DNA of 64,000 nucleotides from Thermodesulfobacteriota bacterium. Lineage in GTDB: Bacteria; Desulfobacterota; Binatia; Bin18. A program made the translations under genes and the position numbers. Below are positions 57,017 through 64,000 of this stretch, piece by piece. Each line of letters starts with the position of its first letter. Within the stretch, counting starts at the first letter, position 1. Under the pieces are notes generated by a model. It ran no database searches. It was not told where the DNA came from and saw nothing but the letters and a program-made list of their open reading frames with translations. Where the stretch lies: the NCBI GenBank assembly GCA_964291405.2, contig OZ219926.1, positions 1,280,001-1,344,000 on the forward strand. Direction: 5' to 3'.

Positions 57017-58645
57017 ATGGGGAATATGCAACAGCATCCGCAGAAGCCAAACGGCAACGGTGCGGTCGAGCAGTATGACGCGATCGTGATTGGCGCCGGG
57101 GTGTCGGGATTGTATCAGCTGTACAAACTCAGAGAGATGGGGCTGTCGGTGCGCGCCTTTGAGGACGCGGGCGGCGTGGGCGGCACCTGGTATTGGAACC
57201 GCTACCCGGGTTGCCGCTTCGACTCCGAGAGTGAAACCTATGGGTACTCATGGTCGGAGGAACTCCTACAGGAGTGGAATTGGAAGGAGCACTTTTCCGG
57301 TCAGCCGGAAAATGAGCGCTACCTCAACTTTGTGGCTGACAAGTTTGATCTGCGGAGAGACATCCAACTCGACTCTCGGGTCAGCTCGGCGGTCTACGAC
57401 GAGAAGGAGCACTGCTGGGAGGTGCAGATTGAGGGCGGGCAGCGCGCCCGGGCGCAGTTTCTGGTCGGCGCGGTCGGTGTTCTATCCGCGAAGTATACAC
57501 CGCCCTTTGAAGGCATCGACAGCTTCAAAGGCCAATCCTTTCACACCTCAAACTGGCCGAAGGAAAAGGTTGATTTTACTGGCAAACGGGTCGGCTGCAT
57601 CGGCACGGGGGCGACCGCGGTCCAGCTTATCCCGATCGTAGCGGAAGAAGCCGGTCAGCTGACCGTCTTTCAGCGTACCCCGAACTACTGTGCACCGTGC
57701 AGAAATTCGGAAGTCAGCCCGGAGGCCCAGGCCGCGTGGAAGGCCCGCTACCCGGAAATCCATAAAAAGTGTCGCGAAACCTCGGTCGGCTTTGAACATG
57801 AATTCGACCCACGCTCAGCCCTGGAGGTCTCGGAGGAAGAGCGCTTGGAGCTGTACGAGAAGTTATGGATACAACCCGGCTTCACCAAATGGCTCGGCAA
57901 TTTCTACGACATTATGACCAATCGGGAAGCCAACGAGACGTTCTCCGAGTTCGTTCGCAACAAGATCCGCGAGCGGGTGCACGACCCCGAGGTGGCCGAA
58001 TTGCTGGTTCCCAAGGATCATCCATTCGGGGCCAAGCGCATCCCGTTGGAAACCCATTATTACGAAGCCTACAACCGGGACAATGTGAAATTGGTTGACG
58101 TCCGCAAGGCCCCGATCGAACGCATCACACCCAAGGGAGTGCAGACGCAGGATGCCGAGTACGAACTCGACGTGATCATCTATGCCACCGGTTTTGACGT
58201 GGTGACCGGGCCGCTGACCCAAATCGATATTCGCGGGGAAGGTGGACAGCAGTTCAAAGACAAATGGGCCAATGGGCCACGGACTCATCTCGGTATTCAG
58301 ACCGCAGGCTTCCCGAATTTCTTCATTGCCGCGAGCACGGCCTTCTGCAACTACACCGTCTGCGCTGAGATGATTGTGGAGTGGATTGCGGACTGTATCG
58401 GCTATCTGCGCGAGAAGAAGCTATCGAGTATTGCGCCTACCCAACAGGCAGAGCAGGAATGGGTAGATCACTCGAACGAGATTGCTTCGCAGACGCTCCT
58501 GACCGATACCGACTCCTGGTTTATGGGAGCGAATATTCCAGGCAAGGCGCGCGCCCTGCTCCTGTACGCCAACACGGTTCCAGAGTATCGGAAGAGGTGC
58601 CGAGCCGCAGCTGATGGCGGCTATAAGGAGTTTGTCCTGCAATAG
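57017..58645 (+). CDS. Baeyer-Villiger monooxygenase (copy 1)
   Basis: GAGVSG, GGTWYWNRYPG, FKGQSFHTSNWP fingerprint, GTGAT and ATGF. Confidence 0.95.
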   Translation: MGNMQQHPQKPNGNGAVEQYDAIVIGAGVSGLYQLYKLREMGLSVRAFEDAGGVGGTWYWNRYPGCRFDSESETYGYSWSEELLQEWNWKEHFSGQPENERYLNFVADKFDLRRDIQLDSRVSSAVYDEKEHCWEVQIEGGQRARAQFLVGAVGVLSAKYTPPFEGIDSFKGQSFHTSNWPKEKVDFTGKRVGCIGTGATAVQLIPIVAEEAGQLTVFQRTPNYCAPCRNSEVSPEAQAAWKARYPEIHKKCRETSVGFEHEFDPRSALEVSEEERLELYEKLWIQPGFTKWLGNFYDIMTNREANETFSEFVRNKIRERVHDPEVAELLVPKDHPFGAKRIPLETHYYEAYNRDNVKLVDVRKAPIERITPKGVQTQDAEYELDVIIYATGFDVVTGPLTQIDIRGEGGQQFKDKWANGPRTHLGIQTAGFPNFFIAASTAFCNYTVCAEMIVEWIADCIGYLREKKLSSIAPTQQAEQEWVDHSNEIASQTLLTDTDSWFMGANIPGKARALLLYANTVPEYRKRCRAAADGGYKEFVLQ

Positions 58646-58737
58646 ACCATGTCTTTCGGCGGGCGATCACAGGGGGTCGCCGCTCGTGGGGATGAGATAT
58701 ATCTGAGCAACGAAGAACGCCTGTAAGGAGGGGTCCT

Positions 58738-60366
58738 ATGGGGAACACACAAAAACATCCGCAGAAGCCAAACGGCAACGGCGCGGTTGAGCAGTATGAC
58801 GCGATCGTGATCGGTGCTGGGGTGTCAGGCTTGTATCAGCTGTACAAACTCAGAGAGATGGGGTTGTCGGTGCGCACCTTTGAGGACGCGGGCGGCGTGG
58901 GTGGCACCTGGTATTGGAACCGCTACCCGGGCTGTCGTTTTGATTCCGAGAGTGAGACCTACGGCTATTCATGGTCGGAGGAACTCCTCCAGGAATGGAA
59001 TTGGAAGGAGCACTTTTCCGGTCAGCCCGAGAACGAGCGCTACCTCAACTTTGTGGCCGACAAGTTTGATCTACGCAAGGACATCCAGCTCAACTCTCGC
59101 GTCAGCTCGGCGGTCTACGACGAGAAGGAGCACTGCTGGGAGGTGCAGATTGAGGGGGGCCAGCGCGCCCGGGCGCAGTTTCTGGTCGGCGCGGTCGGTA
59201 TTCTGTCCGCGAAATACACCCCGCCGTTTGAAGGCATTGACAGCTTCGAGGGGCTGTCCTTTCACACCTCAAACTGGCCGAAGGAAAAGGTTGATTTTAC
59301 TGGCAAACGGGTCGGCTGCATCGGCACGGGGGCGACCGCGGTCCAACTCATCCCGATCGTAGCGGAAGAAGCCGGTCAGCTGACCGTCTTTCAGCGTACC
59401 CCGAACTACTGTGCGCCGTGCAGAAATTCGGAAGTCAGCCCGGAGACCCAGGCCGCATGGAAGGCCAGTTATGATGAAATCCACAAACGCTGCCGCGAAA
59501 CCTCGGTCGCCTTTCGACATGAGTTTGATCCGCGTTCGGCGCTGGAGGTCTCGGAGGAAGAGCGCTTGGAGCTGTACGAGAAGTTATGGATGCAACCCGG
59601 CTTCACCAAATGGCTCGGCAATTTCCACGACATTATGACCAATCGGGAGGCGAATGAGACCTTTGCCGAGTTTGTCCGCAACAAAATCCGCGAGCGGGTA
59701 CATGACCCCGAGGTGGCCGAGCTGCTGGTTCCCAAGGACCACCCGTTCGGGGCCAAGCGCATCCCGTTGGAAACCCATTATTACGAAGCCTACAACCGGG
59801 ACAATGTGAAATTGGTCGATGTCCGTAAGGCCCCGATCGAACGTATTACACCCAAGGGCGTAAAAACTCAGGATGCCGAGTACGAACTCGACGCGATCAT
59901 CTATGCCACCGGTTTTGACGTGGTGACCGGGCCGCTGACCCAAATCGATATTCGCGGGGAAGGCGGGCAGCAATTCAAAGACAAATGGGCCAATGGGCCA
60001 CGGACTTATCTTGGTATTCAGACCACGGGCTTCCCGAATTTCTTTATTGCCGCGAACTCGGCCTTCTGCAACTATACCGTGTGTGCCGAGATGATCGCAG
60101 AATGGATTGCGGACTGTATCGGCCATCTCCGCGAGAAGAAGCTATCGAGCATTGCGCCCACCCAACAGGCCGAGGATGCCTGGGTCGAGCACTCCAACGA
60201 GTTGGCCTCGCATACCCTGCTGGGTGATACCGACTCCTGGTTTATGGGAGCGAATATTCCAGGCAAGGCGCGCGCCCTGCTCCTGTACGCCAACCGCGCC
60301 CCTGAGTATCGCAAGAAGTGCCAGGAGGCTGCGGCCAGCGGCTATCAGGATTTTGTACTGCAATGA
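58738..60366 (+). CDS. Baeyer-Villiger monooxygenase (copy 2)
   Basis: Same motifs (FEGLSFHTSNWP); same length (542 aa) and near-identical to copy 1. Confidence 0.95.
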   Translation: MGNTQKHPQKPNGNGAVEQYDAIVIGAGVSGLYQLYKLREMGLSVRTFEDAGGVGGTWYWNRYPGCRFDSESETYGYSWSEELLQEWNWKEHFSGQPENERYLNFVADKFDLRKDIQLNSRVSSAVYDEKEHCWEVQIEGGQRARAQFLVGAVGILSAKYTPPFEGIDSFEGLSFHTSNWPKEKVDFTGKRVGCIGTGATAVQLIPIVAEEAGQLTVFQRTPNYCAPCRNSEVSPETQAAWKASYDEIHKRCRETSVAFRHEFDPRSALEVSEEERLELYEKLWMQPGFTKWLGNFHDIMTNREANETFAEFVRNKIRERVHDPEVAELLVPKDHPFGAKRIPLETHYYEAYNRDNVKLVDVRKAPIERITPKGVKTQDAEYELDAIIYATGFDVVTGPLTQIDIRGEGGQQFKDKWANGPRTYLGIQTTGFPNFFIAANSAFCNYTVCAEMIAEWIADCIGHLREKKLSSIAPTQQAEDAWVEHSNELASHTLLGDTDSWFMGANIPGKARALLLYANRAPEYRKKCQEAAASGYQDFVLQ

Positions 60367-60422
60367 ACAGTGGAGGGGTGAATACAAGATGCGCCCCTCC
60401 ATAAAATAAGGAAGATCGCATC

Positions 60423-61037
60423 ATGCAACACGCAATCAGGTTGTATGGGGTTGGCGGGACTCGGTCGGCCCGGTGTCGCTGGGTGCTTTATGAGTTGGGT
60501 CTGGATTTTGAATATATAGACAGAGATGGCTTGATCGGCAGTGACGAGTTGCGCACCTTTCATCCTCAGGCGAAAAGCCCGGCAGCGGTCATTGATGGTC
60601 TCGTTTTGTTTGAGTCATCCGCAATCTGCAACTATCTTTGTGACATGGTCGCCGACAATAAACTGCTAGCACCGTCGGGAACACCGGCGCGAGGGCGGCA
60701 TGAGCAGTGGGTGTCATTTGCCCAGTCAGAGATAGAAGGATGGCTCTGGAGTAATTTTAAGCATAGAACACTGTACCCTGAGAAAAGACGTGTTCCAGCC
60801 GTCATCGAACAGAACTACAAAGAAATTCACGCGGGACTTTCGGTGTTGGAGAAGACGTGCACTGAATCGGATTATCTTGTTGGCGACGAGTTCAGTGCGA
60901 CGGATATTATTGTTGGTTGGACGGTGAACTGGGCGAGGAACGGAGGCAAGGTAAGCTTCGATGAATTTCCATCGCTGTCCGCCTATCTCGGTCGTCTGTT
61001 TGCGCGCGAGCATTGTACGCTGAGTCCTCCCGACTAA
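60423..61037 (+). CDS. glutathione S-transferase family protein
   Basis: RS.R.RW.L.E, LFESSAI and YLVGDEFSATDI. Confidence 0.88.
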   Translation: MQHAIRLYGVGGTRSARCRWVLYELGLDFEYIDRDGLIGSDELRTFHPQAKSPAAVIDGLVLFESSAICNYLCDMVADNKLLAPSGTPARGRHEQWVSFAQSEIEGWLWSNFKHRTLYPEKRRVPAVIEQNYKEIHAGLSVLEKTCTESDYLVGDEFSATDIIVGWTVNWARNGGKVSFDEFPSLSAYLGRLFAREHCTLSPPD

Positions 61038-61092
61038 AGCGCTCGCTGAGTCGGGAGCGTGTCATACAGATAAATTATTGGAGGAAAGCGTG

Positions 61093-61857
61093 ATGAAACC
61101 AGTCTGTTTGGTTCTGGGTGCCGGTGCCGGTATTGGCGGAACAGTGGCCGCTAAATTCGCAAGCGAGGGCTATCATTCGTGTTTATGTCGCAGAACCGAT
61201 CAAGAAGGTTTAGATCGGTTGGTCAAAAAAATAGAAAACGACGGTGGCTCCGCTACCGGGTTTTTAATGAACGCCATCGAAGACAACGTGATTGAAGACC
61301 TCATCGAGTCGATCGAATCGGACATCGGTCCGATAGAAGTCGTTGTCTACAATTTGGGTGCCCAAACGGGTATGAAGCTGCTGCATGAGACCACGTATAA
61401 GGAATTTGAGTGGGGCTGGAGAATAGCCAACCTCGGTTTATTCAGAACCGCAAAAGTCCTGTGTCCACTGATGGAAAAAAGAGGAAAAGGAACGATCCTT
61501 GTCACCTCTGCAACCGCTGCTATGCGAGGGAATAAGACGCAACATTCTCACGCCTCAGCGATGGGTGGAAGAAGAATGCTGTGCCAGTCGTTGAATGCGG
61601 AATTTGCTTCCAAAGGTATTCATGTCGCGCATATTGTTGTCGATGGTGCTGTCGATGCCCCGGACACTCTAGGCAAGATACTGGGTCCCGAAAAATACCA
61701 AGCGTTAAGAGAAACGAAGGGCATGGAGCACGATGGCTTAGTCTTGCCTGAGAAAGTAGCAGAAACTTATTATCATCTGGCCCAACAACATCGATCCACT
61801 TGGACTCACCAAATCGATTTGCGCGCCTTCTCAGATCTCGCCTGGTGGAATCACTAA
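61093..61857 (+). CDS. short-chain dehydrogenase/reductase
   Basis: GAGAGIG, YNLGA, GIHVAH.VVDG and LAQQHRSTWT. Confidence 0.9.
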   Translation: MKPVCLVLGAGAGIGGTVAAKFASEGYHSCLCRRTDQEGLDRLVKKIENDGGSATGFLMNAIEDNVIEDLIESIESDIGPIEVVVYNLGAQTGMKLLHETTYKEFEWGWRIANLGLFRTAKVLCPLMEKRGKGTILVTSATAAMRGNKTQHSHASAMGGRRMLCQSLNAEFASKGIHVAHIVVDGAVDAPDTLGKILGPEKYQALRETKGMEHDGLVLPEKVAETYYHLAQQHRSTWTHQIDLRAFSDLAWWNH

Positions 61858-61908
61858 ACAGTCTTTGAATGCGTTGACTCAGAGTCTCGTATCTACTCGG
61901 CTGAGAGA

Positions 61909-63009
61909 ATGACGGAGGTATCTTGTATGATTGACGTTTCCTATACCACTGCTCCCTGCCCTGTCCGGGCGGACATCGAGGAAGCGCATACCCTTTTTTG
62001 GCAAAAACTCGCCGCTCCCGGCACGTGGTGGACTGGTGCTGAGCGTGTGGCTATCGGTGCAGAGGTGCGCCAAGCCCGTCACTGCCAGCTGTGCCAAGAG
62101 CGGAAGGCGGCCCTTTCGCCCACAGCGATCCAGGGGACTCACGATACTGGGGGAGTGTTACCGGAAACCGCCGTTGAGATGATTCACCGGGTCACGACGG
62201 ACCCAGGCCGGCTGAGTAAGCGGTGGTACGACGACCTGCTGGCCCGGGGACTGCCAGACACCCACTATGTCGAGGCGCTGGGCGTCGTTGGGCGCACGGT
62301 CAGTGTCGATTCGTTTTGTCGTGGCCTGGGTCTCCCGTTGCATCCCCTCCCAACCCCCGTTGCAGGCGAACCGAGCCGGCGGCGGCCGCCTGAAGCCACA
62401 CTCGATGGTGCCTGGGTTCCTATGGTTCCAAACGGACAAGCGAATGTCATCCGTGCCCTCAGTCTCGTCCCGGCCGAAGTGCACCTCAGTATCGAAGTTC
62501 TGCTTCCGGTTCAGTACATGGAAATCTCTGAGGTCAGGAATTTGTCGAGCGATCCCGGCCGTGCGATCAGTCGCTCCCAGATAGAGCTCCTCGCCGCGCG
62601 TGTCTCCGCGCTCAACCAGTGCTTCTATTGAACGACCGGTCATACGACACTGCTCCGGGGGAGCAGCCAAGTTGATGGAATCGATGTAGAACTGACGTCA
62701 GTTGTTGCTCCAGGTGTAGAGAGCGGCGTGCCTCATGGGGCATGCCTGACCGCCTTTGCGGAGGCCGTCCTCGGAACCGATGCTACCGCTCTGGTAGCGG
62801 CTCGTCAGCAGGTCCTGGCAGAGCTCGGTCCAGCAGGGCTGGTTGATGCGGCGGCCGTGGTGGCCACGTTCATGCAGATGGACCGGATTGCGGATGGGGC
62901 CGGGATCCCTCTCGACGCCGCTTTTGTTGAGCCAACCCAGGAAATGCGGACCAGACTGGGATTCAACGACTTCGCCTCGGCGCAGAATACGCTGAGCGTG
63001 GCTACCTAG
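61909..63009 (+). CDS. AhpD/CMD-like selenoprotein (UGA at 62629-62631 read as Sec; CxxU motif)
   Basis: QIELLAARVSALNQCFY-TGA-TTGH matches the AhpD E..A..VS..N.CxxC...H motif; the frame stays open for 125 more codons and joins ORF 62728..63009; SECIS-like hairpin at 62650-62666. Confidence 0.8.
62632..62670 (+). promoter_or_regulatory. putative bacterial SECIS element
   Basis: ctgctcc-ggg-ggagcag stem-loop with a G-rich apical loop about 25 nt after the UGA. Confidence 0.65.
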
Positions 63010-63190
63010 TCACATACGAAGAGAGGTCTTGCTGAGGCCTCGCCCAGCCCTCTTGGCTTTCCAGAGATGTTGGTCGAATGGCACCAGATGCACCCCTTGG
63101 CCTCGGCGTGTTGTCCAAGCACTCCTCCTGACGCGATCATCCGACGATCACTTTATTATGGGCTTTTAACAGACTCTCTGGAGGGGAAAA

Positions 63191-63844
63191 ATGAATAGAT
63201 ATCTTTTGGCCCCAGTCGCTTTCGCTATGAGTACGGTTCCAGCCTTTGCGCACCACCCGCTCGCCGGTGCGCCGATGGAAACCCTCACCGACGGAATCCT
63301 ATCCGGCGTTGGACACCCGCTCTTGGGCTTTGATCATCTCTTCTTCGTCATCGCCGTTGGCGTGGCGGCGCTGTACACCGGTCGCGCGAAACTGGCAACG
63401 GCAGCCTATGTTGGCGCGATGCTGACTGGGTGCCTGCTGATGAGTTTTGGCCTTGGTCTTCCTGTCAAGGAATTTGTGATCGGCATGTCGCTGCTGGTTG
63501 TCGGCTCTCTCATTTTGTCCGGTCGTGCCCTGGGTCTTACGCCGGCTGTCGGACTTTTCGCGGTTTTCGGCCTGTTCCACGGCTCAGCCTTTGGCGACAC
63601 GATCGCGGCCCAGGAAGCAGGGGCGAGTGCTGCTGTTCTGGTCGGCTATTTGGTCGGGCTTGGCCTGGTGCAATACGGCTTGGCGCTCTTGGCCGGATTT
63701 GTTGTTCACAATCTGCTGAAAGCAACAGCGGCGCAACATATTCATGCCCGCCTGGCGGGCGCTGTTGTTGCTGGTGTCGGCATGTTTTGCACGCTTGAGA
63801 ATATCGAAGGCCTCGTCTTCAATATGTTGGGCCTGGCTGTCTAG
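63191..63844 (+). CDS. HupE/UreJ family Ni/Co transporter-like membrane protein
   Basis: AFAHH, G..HPLLGFDHL and FGLFHG motifs; ggagggg RBS. Confidence 0.9.
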   Translation: MNRYLLAPVAFAMSTVPAFAHHPLAGAPMETLTDGILSGVGHPLLGFDHLFFVIAVGVAALYTGRAKLATAAYVGAMLTGCLLMSFGLGLPVKEFVIGMSLLVVGSLILSGRALGLTPAVGLFAVFGLFHGSAFGDTIAAQEAGASAAVLVGYLVGLGLVQYGLALLAGFVVHNLLKATAAQHIHARLAGAVVAGVGMFCTLENIEGLVFNMLGLAV

Positions 63845-63950
63845 AGAAGCCAAGCCATCCGGCGCTGAAGTCCTGCATCCCGTGAAGCTGTTTGCGAAAG
63901 AGATTCTGCCAGGTCTGCCTTAAGCTGGTTCAATAAGGGAAGAACACCTC

Positions 63951-64000
63951 ATGGCAGAAACACAAGAAATCATGTCGGGCCTCCTGTCGTGGTACAGGCT
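63951..64000 (+). CDS. possible CDS start truncated by the window end
   Basis: Purine-rich RBS-like sequence then ATG; open to the window end (MAETQEIMSGLLSWYR). Confidence 0.3.
   Translation, partial: MAETQEIMSGLLSWYR

Noticed and set aside
63010-63190. Cobalamin or NiCo riboswitch upstream of hupE/ureJ
   Set aside because: No recognisable B12-box (AGGGAA...GCCACTG) or other riboswitch core; an Rfam scan would be needed to exclude it fully.

Overview
A GC-rich bacterial chromosomal segment with about 70 genes. The gene content (hopanoid hpnH, many CoA-transferases, P450s, LLM, amidohydrolases, BVMOs) suggests a deltaproteobacterial/Binatia-like heterotroph, but that is inference only. Housekeeping blocks: tal-pgi/rpiA, pilD-mutS-like-tmk-holB-metG-tatD, fur, ftsH, and a fused etfBA. 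These are interspersed with catabolic/redox genes and small accessory modules: two PemK/MazF toxin-antitoxin pairs, an ArsI/CadI-SigZ cassette, an ECF sigma/anti-sigma/two Spy-CpxP-like gene unit, and a SmaI-like type II R-M system. Best findings: (1) a hidden AhpD-like selenoprotein (CxxU, in-frame UGA at 62629 followed by a SECIS-like hairpin) that the ORF track splits in two; (2) a twice-repeated ECF promoter motif GTAACCC-N15-GTGTCT that defines a small regulon; (3) a SmaI-like R-M locus with an excisionase-type HTH/AT-hook gene in place of a C gene; (4) an actinobacterial-type crotonyl-CoA carboxylase/reductase in an unusual operon; (5) a methylsulfurylase-like cupin next to pentose-phosphate genes; (6) a secreted TIMP-like protein. 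hpnH and one P450 carry single frameshifts, which may be sequencing errors. I saw no rRNA, tRNA, CRISPR array or transposase. All family calls come from motif recognition, not database searches.
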